64,000 nt of DNA from an uncultured Nitrososphaeraceae archaeon (GCA_963779615.1 CAVZZA010000005.1:256001-320000), one strand, 5' to 3'; shown: positions 37,726-49,122, counted from the stretch's first letter. Numbers and translations: made by a program. The notes: a model not told the origin generated them from the letters alone.

Positions 37726-38622
37726 ATGAATAACGACGACAGGCCATTTAATAGAAACGAATTAATTGAAAAAGCAAAAAACGTGGATGCAATTTTATGT
37801 GTATTACAGGATAAAATAGATAGAGAAGTTATCGATATTGCTGGGCCCAAGCTAAAGGTAATTAGCACGTATAGCACAGGTTATGAACACATAGATATTG
37901 AAACAGCTAAAAAAAGAGGGATAAAAATAGGTTATACCGGGGACATACTAACAGAAACAACAGCAGATTTAACATTTGGGCTAATATTATGTATAGGGAG
38001 AAGAATAATAGAAGCAGATAAGTTTGTAAGAGAAAAAAAGTGGAGAAACGGGTGGGATCCTCAATTGATGTTAGGAACCGACATCCATAATAAAACTTTG
38101 GGTTTAATAGGCATGGGAAAGATAGGTCAAGCTGTAGCAAAGAGGGCACTTGGATTTGATATGGATATAATATACCATAAAAGAAATAAAGAATTTACAG
38201 GAATAGATAAACATTTAAAGAATAAAGTAGAATACAGCGAATTAAATAAATTACTAGCCATATCAGATTACATAGTAATTACCTGTTCTTTGAATAAAGA
38301 CAGTTATCACCTAATAGACATTAATAAACTAAAAAGCATGAAAAAATCATCGTTTCTAATTAATACCTCGAGGGGCAAAATAATAAAGGAAGATGATTTG
38401 GTTTTTGCATTAAAAAAAAAATATATTGCAGGAGCTGCCTTAGACGTGTTTGAAAAAGAGCCCATAACCAGCAATAACCCTTTAATTAAAATGAATAACG
38501 TTATATTGTTACCTCATATTGGCAGCTCAAGTTATGATACTAGAAGAAGGATGTCTGAAATAGCTGCCACAAATATAATAAACGTGTTGGAGGGTAATGA
38601 AAAAATGGCGCTACTATTGTAA
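37726..38622 (+). CDS. D-2-hydroxyacid dehydrogenase (glyoxylate reductase-like)
   Basis: STGYEHID, LTETTAD, GMGKIG, NTSRG, LDVFE.EP, LPHIGS. Conserved VLITRKIPE lies upstream of the first ATG. Confidence 0.9.
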   Translation: MNNDDRPFNRNELIEKAKNVDAILCVLQDKIDREVIDIAGPKLKVISTYSTGYEHIDIETAKKRGIKIGYTGDILTETTADLTFGLILCIGRRIIEADKFVREKKWRNGWDPQLMLGTDIHNKTLGLIGMGKIGQAVAKRALGFDMDIIYHKRNKEFTGIDKHLKNKVEYSELNKLLAISDYIVITCSLNKDSYHLIDINKLKSMKKSSFLINTSRGKIIKEDDLVFALKKKYIAGAALDVFEKEPITSNNPLIKMNNVILLPHIGSSSYDTRRRMSEIAATNIINVLEGNEKMALLL

Positions 38623-38674
38623 CAAGTAGAAAAAAAACACAATCAAAAAAAAAATTAGCATGTAATAAAAGGTA

Positions 38675-38953
38675 TCAAAGCCTTTTCGATTGAATTTCAT
38701 CTATGTCTTCCTGATTCCCAACAACACAATTGGTATGGATTTTTTTAATAGGGGTAAAAATAATTTTTCCTTCAGGAATTTGTTTTTCTCTTTGCAAAAA
38801 TCTAAATTTTTCTTCCAAATCTTGCTTATGTTCAGAGCAAGACAGTCCTACCATAAATTTATTGTTTTCAGTATCGTTTATTTCCATAATAAATTCAGGT
38901 GGCAGCGTACATTTTATTTTGTTAATCAGAAATGAACAAGATTCTGGAATCAA
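38675..38953 (-). CDS. Small Cys-containing hypothetical protein
   Basis: 92 aa; C..C.LPPEF...CSEH...HTNC pattern. Confidence 0.7.
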   Translation of the reverse strand: MIPESCSFLINKIKCTLPPEFIMEINDTENNKFMVGLSCSEHKQDLEEKFRFLQREKQIPEGKIIFTPIKKIHTNCVVGNQEDIDEIQSKRL

Positions 38954-39292
38954 CTATAAACACATCCATTATATCTAATTAAAGCTTTTCAATAGATCTT
39001 GGTTTAGACTCTGGCATTATTTTCGATAAGGCTCGGTTTGTTTTTTGGTGAAACAATATGGGGTTAACTAAAATTGAATTTATACAAAATTGCACATATT
39101 TTGCTGGAAAACACTAATTCAGAAATCCAATGGAAAAGATATTTTTTAATGGATAGAGAATTTTCGCATAATGTTTGAATTTGAATAGCAAACACACAAT
39201 TGTTTAATTATTATTTTGTACAGCAATAAAAAAAACAATAACACTGCATTTAAATTGATATAAACCCAAAAAAAATAAAATAAAAAAAATTA

Positions 39293-40792
39293 TTATTTCC
39301 CAGGTAATAACTGAGTTAAATCACCTGGAGAGGCCAGGGTGGCAAAATCTAGAATAGGCCCATACCATATTCCAAATATAACCATAAATCCCGCAGCAAA
39401 TAACAATACGGCAACTATGGACTTGGGCTCCTTCTGCCTGACTCGATTTTCACCATCTTCCATGTACATTTTTCTAATTATCCATACATAATAACCCAAG
39501 GACAATCCGCTATTTAGAATTGCAGCAATGGCAAGGTATGGACCCCACCATATTAGCTGACCGCTATCTATAGCTGCCCCAAACAATAAAAGCTTACTCC
39601 AAAATCCATTCAACGGAGGTATCCCGGCCAAAGCCAATAGGGAAATAGTCATAACTATAGCAGTAATTGGCATCCTATAGCCAAGCCCCTTGTACTTTTC
39701 AATACTGTAACCTGACAAAACTACTATTACCGCAGCAGCTGCTATAAATGCAGCAGATATCATAACTGCATGGTTCATTATATGGAACAATGAGGCCTCG
39801 ATTCCCTGAGCAGAATACAGAGCCACAGCCAAGCCTATAAGCATGTAACCCGCCTGGGAAATACTAGAATAAGCAAGCATTCTCGGCACGCTTTTTTGGG
39901 TCAATGCGCCCAAGTTGCCAAGTGTCATAGTAAAGATGGCGATAATGGCAAGAACAAATGACCATTGTACATTTAGTGCTACTAATCCTATTATTATAAC
40001 CCGGATTGCTGCAGCAAATCCGGCTTTCTTTGTACCTGCTGCAAGGAGAGCCGCAACAGTGGTAGGCGAACCGGAATAAGTATCAGGAAGCCACATGTGA
40101 AATGGCACTAACCCCATTTTAAATCCAAATCCAGCAATAAATAACCCTACTGCCAATAAACCAAAAGGTATTGACTCTGACTTTAAATTGGTTAATGCTA
40201 CTATGGAATCGTAAATATTCGTAGTGCCCGTTATGCCATAAACTATACCCATTGCCAAAATAATAATGGAGGTGGACAATGCACCAAACAAAAAGTATTT
40301 TATAGACGCTTCGTTTGAAACGGGATCCTTCTTGGAAAATGCTGCCAAGGCATAAGTCGGAATTGACATCAACTCCCAGGAAACTAACAACATCACAAAA
40401 TCTGTTGAATAACCGATGAGGATCATTCCTATACTAGATAAAAGTATTAACGAATAATATGCGGCATGATTGCCTTTGTTTTTCATATAACTCCATGAGG
40501 AAGCAGTCACCATCAAGGAAACAATAAGGAAGGCTACTGAGAAAAAAGCTCCAAAGACATCATCGGTAATAACACCATTACTTGCCATAGATAAAGCGGG
40601 AAGAGTTTCCCCAGAGATTACCCTAGTTATTACAATTATTAATGCAAGAAGCAGTGAGCCAAACGCTATACCACTGAAAACTTTGTTTTTTGAGCCTTTC
40701 TCTTTGTTTAATGCATCAATTGTAGGAATTAACAAAGCCACTGACCCCAAAACAATAGTTACTAAAGAAGGGGTTGAAAACAAATCTACCAT
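39293..40792 (-). CDS. nuoN: Complex I subunit N
   Basis: SNEASIKYF, GFKMGLVPFHMWLPD, RMLAYSSISQAGY, GIPPLNGF.SK. Confidence 0.95.
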   Translation of the reverse strand: MVDLFSTPSLVTIVLGSVALLIPTIDALNKEKGSKNKVFSGIAFGSLLLALIIVITRVISGETLPALSMASNGVITDDVFGAFFSVAFLIVSLMVTASSWSYMKNKGNHAAYYSLILLSSIGMILIGYSTDFVMLLVSWELMSIPTYALAAFSKKDPVSNEASIKYFLFGALSTSIIILAMGIVYGITGTTNIYDSIVALTNLKSESIPFGLLAVGLFIAGFGFKMGLVPFHMWLPDTYSGSPTTVAALLAAGTKKAGFAAAIRVIIIGLVALNVQWSFVLAIIAIFTMTLGNLGALTQKSVPRMLAYSSISQAGYMLIGLAVALYSAQGIEASLFHIMNHAVMISAAFIAAAAVIVVLSGYSIEKYKGLGYRMPITAIVMTISLLALAGIPPLNGFWSKLLLFGAAIDSGQLIWWGPYLAIAAILNSGLSLGYYVWIIRKMYMEDGENRVRQKEPKSIVAVLLFAAGFMVIFGIWYGPILDFATLASPGDLTQLLPGK

Positions 40793-40811
40793 TTTCTATC
40801 ATTACCCCACA

Positions 40812-42929
40812 TTACATCAATAATAGCATAGCTATTACTATAATACCTGCGGAAAACACATACAAATATGTTTGTATATTTCCAGTCTGCGGCACCTTTA
40901 CTACTTTTGACATAAAAATCATTGAATACTGTATTGCAGGGTTTATTCCATTCATAAACATACCCTCAAAATACTTATAGATACGTCTATAGACTGCTAG
41001 TGGAATTACCGCTCCAATCCAATATGAAAGTGCATTGACATACCATCTATTATACAAAAACTGCCATAGGGCTCTTGAAACAACGTTTTCCTTAATCCGT
41101 TCAGGGTTGGCCTTTCGTTGTATATAAAATACATACCCCAGAAATCCCCCTATTCCAAATGCACCCACCGAGCTCAGAGCAGCTACAGGATTCAAATTCA
41201 AAAACTCCCCGCTTTTTTCTTCAGGAATTTTAGACGTGTCCGTTGTAGCAGAAGATTGAGAGTTTGAAGAAGGGGAAGATGATTGAATTGTCCCTCCTTC
41301 AACTATACCGAATGTATTTGAAAGATAATACGCAAACAAACTGTGAATTTGCGACTCAAATGCAAAACCTACAACACCTATTGCGATAGAAGATACTGCC
41401 AGTATAGCAAATGGCATCCACATGATTTTGTTTACTTCATGTATGTGCTTGCCATTCGCCTCGCGTTCAGTTATATTTTTGCTAGGTTTGCCAAAAAATG
41501 TCAGCCCAACCATCCTAAAAGTGTAAAATGCTGTCATAATGGCCACTGCAACAGCTATTGTAAATAGGTATGGTGATAGTGTATAACCAGATTCTAGCAA
41601 TGAAGCGAATATAGCGTCTTTACTCCAGAAACCTGATGTTATCAGAGGCGCACTAGCCAGGGATAAACTAGCCAATAACATGAAAACATAGGTTTTTTTC
41701 ATGTTTTTTCTCAGTCCCCCCATGTCATACATAAACCTGGAACCTACTGTATGGAGTATAGCACCAGCTGCCATAAACAATGATGCCTTAAACAAAGCGT
41801 GACTAATCATGTGAAAGAATCCAGAAGTGTATCCATCAACAAAATTGGTTGATAAACCAGCAATTCCAAGACCCATCATCATATAACCTATTTGTGAGCC
41901 TGTAGAATAAGCCAAGACTTTTTTTATTTCAGGGTTAACCAATGCCTGTGTTGCTAAAAGAAATGCGGTAATCGCACCCACCCAGGCCACAATTTCAAAA
42001 AATTGTGACATATTAAATACTGACAGGGCAAAGAAAAGTGGCCCAATCCTCGCTACAAGGAAAACACCGGCCTTTACCATTGTTGCAGCATGGATAAGCG
42101 CAGATACAGAAGTTGGGCCGGTCATGGCCTCTAGTAACCACTCCTGTAGAGGGAATTGGGCGGATTTCCCTATTGCTCCCCCAAACAGTAAAACTGCTGC
42201 AGGGATCAAAAGATGTTGTTTCGTCATTTCTTGGGCCCAGCTCTGGTCTGAAAGCAACTCTTTAAACCCAAATGTGCCAGCATATGCAAAAATCAAAAAC
42301 ATTCCCGAAAGCATCATGATATCCCCGACACGGTTAAACACAAAGGCCTTTATACCCGCGTGTGTCGGCGATGTCCACATTGGGATTCCCCAGACCGCAT
42401 GGCCCTCCTTTCCCACGTAATCTTTCTTTCTGTCCGTATACCAAAATCCTATTAACGCATAGGAAGCCAGCCCTACACCTTCCCATCCAAAAAAGACCAT
42501 TAAAAGGTTATCGGACAGCACAATTAGCTGCATTGATCCGATAAAGAATAGCATAAAAAACCAATACCGGGTAATGCCTTTTTCTCCATGCATGTATGAG
42601 ATGGAATACACAAAGATTGATGCCGATATCCAGGCCACCAAATTGCTCATTACAATACCAAGGGGATCGGCCAATACGCCTGCGTTTAAATCCAATGCAG
42701 ACAGCCAAGGAATTTGGCTGTGAATTTCATTGCCCGCAAGACCTATGGGCAGTATACTTAATGCCAAGAAGGCACTCAAAATGGAAAACCCTACCGCGAC
42801 ATAACTTTTTATGCGTTCGCTTTTATTTTTTAAAGCAGGAATCAATGCTGCGCCTATAAATGGAATCATCCAAATTAACCATGCATTGACACCCATTCCT
42901 ACAAATCCGATTGTTTGTGTTTCAACCAT
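40812..42929 (-). CDS. nuoL: Complex I subunit L
   Basis: GWEGVGLASYALIGFW, GKSAQFPL..WL..AM.GPT.VSALIHAATMV.AG, HALFKA. Confidence 0.96.
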   Translation of the reverse strand: MVETQTIGFVGMGVNAWLIWMIPFIGAALIPALKNKSERIKSYVAVGFSILSAFLALSILPIGLAGNEIHSQIPWLSALDLNAGVLADPLGIVMSNLVAWISASIFVYSISYMHGEKGITRYWFFMLFFIGSMQLIVLSDNLLMVFFGWEGVGLASYALIGFWYTDRKKDYVGKEGHAVWGIPMWTSPTHAGIKAFVFNRVGDIMMLSGMFLIFAYAGTFGFKELLSDQSWAQEMTKQHLLIPAAVLLFGGAIGKSAQFPLQEWLLEAMTGPTSVSALIHAATMVKAGVFLVARIGPLFFALSVFNMSQFFEIVAWVGAITAFLLATQALVNPEIKKVLAYSTGSQIGYMMMGLGIAGLSTNFVDGYTSGFFHMISHALFKASLFMAAGAILHTVGSRFMYDMGGLRKNMKKTYVFMLLASLSLASAPLITSGFWSKDAIFASLLESGYTLSPYLFTIAVAVAIMTAFYTFRMVGLTFFGKPSKNITEREANGKHIHEVNKIMWMPFAILAVSSIAIGVVGFAFESQIHSLFAYYLSNTFGIVEGGTIQSSSPSSNSQSSATTDTSKIPEEKSGEFLNLNPVAALSSVGAFGIGGFLGYVFYIQRKANPERIKENVVSRALWQFLYNRWYVNALSYWIGAVIPLAVYRRIYKYFEGMFMNGINPAIQYSMIFMSKVVKVPQTGNIQTYLYVFSAGIIVIAMLLLM

Positions 42930-42942
42930 TTTTTTTCAAATC

Positions 42943-44733
42943 CTACATAAAGACAGTGTATTGTAAAAGAGGTTTATGAATTGTGTCCGTCATTTTCGGC
43001 AAATAACCGTTTTCTTCAAGGTTTTTAGTATACCCTCCCTTAGTTTGTTCCGAAACTTTTGTTTCCAGTGTGGATGCTTTGTGGGGTATTTGTACGACCT
43101 CAGTAGAATTGCTATACAGGTCTTCAACATAATTTATTATTGGTTTATAAAATAAATCTGGATAAACACCCAAGACCAGAGTGAAAGCAGCTATAACCCC
43201 CATTGTAACTATTACATATCTACTCGATTCCCGTACATTTTTTAATGTTTCTGGGACTGTGCCATAAAATATTCGTTTATACATCCATAAAATATAGCCT
43301 GAGGTTAAAGCAGTAGTTAACATAGCTATTGTAAAAGTAACTAGTTTTAAATAATCCCAATTACTGACAGCATCCTGAAGAGAACCATTAAACAATACCC
43401 ACTCAGCCATAAATCCACTGGTTATAGGGACCCCCATTATGGTTAGTGCGCCAATCATTGTAAGCACTGCGGTATATGGCATTTTACCACCCAGTCCTCC
43501 CAAGTTATTCATATTTCTTGTGCCAGTTTGCAAAATTACAGAACCAGCCATCATGAACAATAATGCTTTTCCCAGGCCATGAGAAACATATAGCATTATT
43601 GCACCACTTATTCCTAAAACGCTTTCGGAACCGATCCCAAACATGATATAACCCATAGAGCTGATGCTTGAATACGCCAAAACTTTCTTGATATCATTTT
43701 GCATTAGAGCCATTGCACCTCCAAATACCATTGTTGCAACTCCCCAAATGTCTAAATAAATACCGTAACCGGCATAATTTCCTGATAGTAACTCCAACCA
43801 TATTCTGATGATGCCATATGCGCCTATCCCCGTCATTGCAGAAGAGATTATTACAGAGATTGGTGTAGGTGCCTGTGTATAAGTTTCAGGCAACCAAGCG
43901 TGCATGAACAACGACCCAAGTTTTATACCAAAACCTATAACAATTGAAAAAAGTATCAAGGGAATCCAATTAGGAGGTATTTGATTATAATGAGATTTTA
44001 CGGTATCATAGTCAAAGCCACCTGAAAAGAATCCCATAGATAACAAACCTAAAAGTAAAACAAGAGCCCCCACAGCAGACCAGAACAAGAAAATAAATGA
44101 AACCCTTTTCCTGTTACCATAACCAAAAAAGGCAATAAGAAAGAAAGAAGGAACTAGCATTAGTTCAAAAAACACGTAAAACTCAATTAAATTAGTAGCA
44201 AGAACTGTACCTAACATCCCCATTGAGAATGCCAGGTATAGAGCAAAGTAAATCCCCATTTGACCATTCAAATAGGATTTTTGATGTTCCGACAGAACCA
44301 ATGTAGAAACATTTCCATTATCATTCTCACCGGTTTTGGGACCTTCATCTTCAACGGATCCTAATTTTGAATTGATGCCAGATTTAATATTTTCCTGTTC
44401 ATGTAGAATTTTACGCACCATATATGGCTTTGAATAAAGTGCCACCACAGTAGATAAAATGTATATTGTTAAAGCAAAAGGAATACTCAATCCATCAATC
44501 TTAAGCCCAAAATGACCCAATTGACTCCATGAGTAAATTTCTTGATATGCACTACCAGAAGTTAGGCCTAACGAGGGAATGATCACAAGGATAGTTGCTA
44601 GTGCCAAAATTCCAAAAGAAAACCACGTTACAACATTTATTCCTTTGTGTTTACCTAAAAAATATGCTACTGGAGAAAATATCAAGGGCAAAAATGTTGC
44701 CGCCATTAGATAATATGAAGATGAATCTGCCAT
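42943..44733 (-). CDS. nuoM: Complex I subunit M
   Basis: FYVFFELMLVP, HAWLP...APT, KKVLAYSSIS, SHGL, GF.AEW. Confidence 0.95.
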   Translation of the reverse strand: MADSSSYYLMAATFLPLIFSPVAYFLGKHKGINVVTWFSFGILALATILVIIPSLGLTSGSAYQEIYSWSQLGHFGLKIDGLSIPFALTIYILSTVVALYSKPYMVRKILHEQENIKSGINSKLGSVEDEGPKTGENDNGNVSTLVLSEHQKSYLNGQMGIYFALYLAFSMGMLGTVLATNLIEFYVFFELMLVPSFFLIAFFGYGNRKRVSFIFLFWSAVGALVLLLGLLSMGFFSGGFDYDTVKSHYNQIPPNWIPLILFSIVIGFGIKLGSLFMHAWLPETYTQAPTPISVIISSAMTGIGAYGIIRIWLELLSGNYAGYGIYLDIWGVATMVFGGAMALMQNDIKKVLAYSSISSMGYIMFGIGSESVLGISGAIMLYVSHGLGKALLFMMAGSVILQTGTRNMNNLGGLGGKMPYTAVLTMIGALTIMGVPITSGFMAEWVLFNGSLQDAVSNWDYLKLVTFTIAMLTTALTSGYILWMYKRIFYGTVPETLKNVRESSRYVIVTMGVIAAFTLVLGVYPDLFYKPIINYVEDLYSNSTEVVQIPHKASTLETKVSEQTKGGYTKNLEENGYLPKMTDTIHKPLLQYTVFM

Positions 44734-44844
44734 CTACAATCTCGTACTCCCAATACCCCTACCAAAACGACATGAACTCCTTTTATATATTATACGTTTA
44801 AAATCATCTGTAAAATAAAAGATAAAAAAAAAGATAAAAAAAAA

Positions 44845-45147
44845 CTAATTTTTAAGATTTCTATATGCCGTTATATCTATATCTTTATAAAACCTATAGG
44901 CAATTATTATAATTCCTAGGCCGACGGCGACTTCTGCAGCAGAAATAGCGATTGCAAAAAGAACAAATATCTGACCTTGAGGGTTAGATACCATAGTAGA
45001 AAAAGCTACAAGAATAAGATTTACAGCATTAGCAATTAATTCAATCGAAAAAATTAATCTTAGAGCATTCCTTTTGACAACTAATCCGTAAATTCCGATT
45101 GATATCAAAATAACAGCTATAATTAAAAAATCACTAGGCTGATTCAT
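44845..45147 (-). CDS. nuoK: Complex I subunit K
   Basis: SIELIANA.N and SAAEVAVGL. Confidence 0.95.
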   Translation of the reverse strand: MNQPSDFLIIAVILISIGIYGLVVKRNALRLIFSIELIANAVNLILVAFSTMVSNPQGQIFVLFAIAISAAEVAVGLGIIIIAYRFYKDIDITAYRNLKN

Positions 45148-45652
45148 TTCTTTCCTCTATATCCTCCCTTCTGGCAAGCGCTAACGCACCTATAATGGAT
45201 CCCGCTAAAGTCAAAGCCAACACGATTAATACCGGTGAATAATAAGTTAATAACTCTTTCCCTATTTCTTTTATATCTACAATGTTAGCGGCATTACCAA
45301 AGCTAAGTTGCGTTATGACAGAATTTTCAATTAATGTGCCAAACAACACAAGAAAACCCAAACTAAGAAGGATTCCAGTAATTTTTTTTCTTACTGTTTC
45401 TCTTTTTGTTACGGTATTTGGAGACCTAACCAACATCACGGTAAAAATAATTAAAACTGCGACAGCCCCTACATACACAGCTATTTGAAACATTGCTACA
45501 AAAGGGGCATCCAATATGATAAAATACCCTGCAATACCCAACATAGAAACTGCTAAAGCAATCCCGCCATACAAAATCTCCCGGCTTTCCAATGTAATAA
45601 TAGCAGAACCAACTGTTAGTATAGATAAACCTACAAAAACGCCATCAACCAT
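45134..45652 (-). CDS. nuoJ: Complex I subunit J
   Basis: APFVAMFQIAVYVGAVAVLIIF..ML. Confidence 0.94.
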   Translation of the reverse strand: MVDGVFVGLSILTVGSAIITLESREILYGGIALAVSMLGIAGYFIILDAPFVAMFQIAVYVGAVAVLIIFTVMLVRSPNTVTKRETVRKKITGILLSLGFLVLFGTLIENSVITQLSFGNAANIVDIKEIGKELLTYYSPVLIVLALTLAGSIIGALALARREDIEERNESA

Positions 45653-46142
45653 GACTTGCACCTCTTGAATCTATCTTTATTTCTACATCTCCATCATACT
45701 TTGGTTTAATGGCTAATTGAGAGGGAGTATAAATCAAATGAGTTTTTGTGTACGAAGACAACTCATAATCATTTGTCATATATAGAGCATAAAATGGACA
45801 AGCATCTACACACAAACCACAAAAAACACATTTTCCATAATCTATTTGGGGCATAATTGCTTTTTTATTTTGTTTCCAGTCTTCATCCACCTTTACCATA
45901 GAGATAGCCTCTGCAATTCCCTCACATGCGATAGAGCACAATTGACAACCAGTACATTTATCATGGAAAAGAATATGCCTGCCCCTTATTCCAGCTATTC
46001 CAACACCTTTTTTGGGGTCAAATTGATAACCATCACCAACAAATTTTAGTTTTTGTTCAGGATAGCGTAATGTGAATCTCTTTATAAATAGATGCTTTGT
46101 TCCCGACTCTAACGCTTTAATAAAACCACTAGCTGTATTCAT
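45645..46142 (-). CDS. nuoI: Complex I subunit I (2x[4Fe-4S])
   Basis: CTGCQLCSIAC and CVFCGLCVDACP. Confidence 0.95.
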   Translation of the reverse strand: MNTASGFIKALESGTKHLFIKRFTLRYPEQKLKFVGDGYQFDPKKGVGIAGIRGRHILFHDKCTGCQLCSIACEGIAEAISMVKVDEDWKQNKKAIMPQIDYGKCVFCGLCVDACPFYALYMTNDYELSSYTKTHLIYTPSQLAIKPKYDGDVEIKIDSRGASHG

Positions 46143-47440
46143 TTTGACGATATTACTCCTCCAGGTCCCAATATACCACTATAGATCAATGTTAGAATGA
46201 TAAAGAGATTTATGAATGTTAAAACTATCAATTTATACCAACCTGTATGTAACAATATGTCAATTCTGATTCTTGGATTTATACCTCTTGTAATCAACAT
46301 TAATAAAATGATCACAAAGGTTTTTGTCGTAAACCAGAAAATGCTATTGACTGTAATTGGATTGTAAAGACCATCCAAGGCAAATATTTTTAATAACGGT
46401 ATGTTTGAAGCGGATGCACCTGGAATTAGTTCTGGTGGAAATATCTGCGGCCCGTACCAACCACCTAAAAATAATATTACAAACAAACCGCATAGTGCAT
46501 ACAACTTTAAGTAGCTTCCCAATTGAATCAAGCCAAAAATCATCCCAGATGTTTCAGTCAACCAGCCTGCAACAATTTCACTTTCAGCCTCAGGAAGATC
46601 AAATGGGATACGCTCCAACTCAGCTAGCGATGAAATATAGAAAACAAATGCATTTATTGGCATAACAAAGATGTACCAAAAAAGATTTTGGGATCTGGCT
46701 ATATCCGATAAATTCAATGACCCAGATAAAATCACTACAGGTAAAGCAGACAGGAAAAACGGAATCTCAAACGCAATCATTTGATGAAGAGCACGTAAAC
46801 CGCCAAGGAATGGATATTTACTATTGCTAGCCCATGAAAATAGCAGGGTTATCAGTGGAAAGAACCCAAATATAGCAAATGCAGCAATCAAACCTACATT
46901 TACATCAGCAACAACCCAGCCTGATGCTACTGGAATTAGCGAAACCACAGCTGCAGAAGTAGATATGAACATTATAGGAGCCAACCAAAATATTGGCTTA
47001 TCAGCACCTGAAGGAACGATGATTTCTTTGGCGATAAGCTTTAAGCCATCTGCAAGTAATTGAAAAATTCCCTCGATTTTACCAGCATATAATGGCCCTA
47101 TACGTAACTGCATTTTAGCCAACAATTTACGTTCAACATAAATTGTCAATGCTGCAATCAATGCTGCAAAAGCAAACCCAGGGAAAACAGCAGCCCTAAA
47201 CAAATCCGTATGCACCAAAAATTGAACTATTGGAAGTGTCCTCGCGGGATCTACTACCATAGAGAAAAACAGATAAGGTGTTAATACTTGTCCATCAATA
47301 ACAGGTAAAGGAACGAAAAATAAGGAAAAAAAGATTATTGGAAGTATCAGTAAAGTTACAAGAGATAAAATCACCAATACTAGCTGTATTACGCTGCCAA
47401 CAAAATTTCCAAATCTAAAATCAGGGGTTATCGAACCCAT
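46139..47440 (-). CDS. nuoH: Complex I subunit H
   Basis: ERK..AKMQ.RIGP, ADGLKL..KE, AELERIPFDLPEAESE. Confidence 0.96.
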   Translation of the reverse strand: MGSITPDFRFGNFVGSVIQLVLVILSLVTLLILPIIFFSLFFVPLPVIDGQVLTPYLFFSMVVDPARTLPIVQFLVHTDLFRAAVFPGFAFAALIAALTIYVERKLLAKMQLRIGPLYAGKIEGIFQLLADGLKLIAKEIIVPSGADKPIFWLAPIMFISTSAAVVSLIPVASGWVVADVNVGLIAAFAIFGFFPLITLLFSWASNSKYPFLGGLRALHQMIAFEIPFFLSALPVVILSGSLNLSDIARSQNLFWYIFVMPINAFVFYISSLAELERIPFDLPEAESEIVAGWLTETSGMIFGLIQLGSYLKLYALCGLFVILFLGGWYGPQIFPPELIPGASASNIPLLKIFALDGLYNPITVNSIFWFTTKTFVIILLMLITRGINPRIRIDILLHTGWYKLIVLTFINLFIILTLIYSGILGPGGVISSK

Positions 47441-48600
47441 TACCTATCTGCCTCCACAGGCCAATAATTCAAAGACCAATATATAGGTGGCATATCTCCC
47501 AATTTTGAGCCAACTAATAAAAATGGCAGGGCCAGAAGATTTCTAAACGAACCAACAGATATTTTTACTCTGTATGGCCTTGATGTTCCGTCGCTAACTA
47601 TGTGGTAACTTAACGCACCACGCCCGGATTCAATTCTTTTAAATGATTCTCCAGGAGATCCTTTCACATTACTCAGCAATTTCTCCCTCACATCACCTGA
47701 TTCTGGAATTTTATCTAAAAGCTGTCTAATAATATGACAAGATTCTCTCATATCTAAAAGGGGAACGTATGCCCTCGCAAAAGAATCACATGTTTTCATA
47801 TATTGAACATTAAAGTCAATTTCATCATAAACATCATATGGTTCAACCTTCCTAATATCATATGGCACACCTGATGCACGAAGAACAGAACCTGTTACAC
47901 CTAGCTTTATTGCATCCTCTTTCGATAAAATACCAACTCCTTCAGTTCTTTGTCTCAATAAGGGATTATTATAAAAAATATGCTCATATTCTTTAAGTCT
48001 TTTTTCAAAATAATTTACTTGAGTTAAACACTTTTCTTTAAAATTAATTGGCATGTCATTCCTAACCCCTCCCGGGATATTGAAAGCGTGAGTTACTCGA
48101 TGTCCTGTAAGACGTTCAAGCAAATCAATCAATAATTCTCTGTCACCTGCAGGCCACATGAACATAGTAGAGTGCCCAAGAAAAATCCCATAAATAGCTA
48201 ACCAATACAAAGTATAAACCAATCTATTTAGTTCCGACGCAATTGCTCGGATAAATTGTCCTCTTCTTGGAACAGTAATACCAATTAAATCTTCAACCGC
48301 AAGACTATAAGAATATGTTATATTGCAGGAATCATGGATTACTGGCCTTTCCAAATGAGGTATATTTTGGAAATAATTTCGATATTCGCACATCTTTTCA
48401 TGACCACGATGGACATAACCCGGATCTGGATCAGCATAAACAATATAATCACCATCTAATTTTATTACAAATCTAAAATGTCCAGACCCAGGATGCTGAG
48501 GCCCTACACTGAGGGTCATCAATCTGTCATCGTCATTATCTTTAACTATCTGAATGGACAGATCTTTAGCTTCATTGATTTTTTCTTCTAAACTAGACAT
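47440..48600 (-). CDS. nuoD: Complex I subunit D
   Basis: GPQHPGSGH, GYVHRG.EK, G..LRASG, ES.RG, C-terminal EADR. Confidence 0.96.
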   Translation of the reverse strand: MSSLEEKINEAKDLSIQIVKDNDDDRLMTLSVGPQHPGSGHFRFVIKLDGDYIVYADPDPGYVHRGHEKMCEYRNYFQNIPHLERPVIHDSCNITYSYSLAVEDLIGITVPRRGQFIRAIASELNRLVYTLYWLAIYGIFLGHSTMFMWPAGDRELLIDLLERLTGHRVTHAFNIPGGVRNDMPINFKEKCLTQVNYFEKRLKEYEHIFYNNPLLRQRTEGVGILSKEDAIKLGVTGSVLRASGVPYDIRKVEPYDVYDEIDFNVQYMKTCDSFARAYVPLLDMRESCHIIRQLLDKIPESGDVREKLLSNVKGSPGESFKRIESGRGALSYHIVSDGTSRPYRVKISVGSFRNLLALPFLLVGSKLGDMPPIYWSLNYWPVEADR

Positions 48601-48612
48601 ATACCTACCCTT

Positions 48613-49122
48613 TTATCTTCCCTTTATTCTAAATTCTTTTCGAAGCGGAGGAATGTCAGCCCAGTCCTCGGGTAACAAAAACCGCTCATTACGCGGATGG
48701 CCAATAAAATATACCCCCAACATCTCATAAGTTTCACGTTCATGATATTCCACACTAGGGAATATATTTATCAAACTATTCGTTTTTGGATCGTTTCTGT
48801 TAATTTTGGTTGACAAAATCAAAACATAAGGATACATATCGGGATTACTGTATGAACCTAAATGATAATTCATTTCAATTTCATCGTCTTTAGGATAATC
48901 TGTTCCACCTGCAGACTCCACATGATCAAAACCATGATTATCTCTTAAAAAAATAGCAGTTTCTACCATATGTTCAGAATTTACCATTATTTTTGAACGA
49001 TTGTGCTTATCATAGATTATTTTGACATTGGTACTAAATTTTTCAACTAATGAGTTTAATACATCATGAGATATCCTTATAGAATTTTGTTTAGCATTTA
49101 CTTTTGTTTTGCTACTTATCAC
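48613..49122 (-). CDS. nuoC: Complex I subunit C
   Basis: GTDYP, ERETYEMLGV.F.GHP, PLRKEF. Confidence 0.95.
   Translation of the reverse strand: MISSKTKVNAKQNSIRISHDVLNSLVEKFSTNVKIIYDKHNRSKIMVNSEHMVETAIFLRDNHGFDHVESAGGTDYPKDDEIEMNYHLGSYSNPDMYPYVLILSTKINRNDPKTNSLINIFPSVEYHERETYEMLGVYFIGHPRNERFLLPEDWADIPPLRKEFRIKGR

Noticed and set aside
40812-44733. 2M-type complex I
   Set aside because: Only one nuoM is present.
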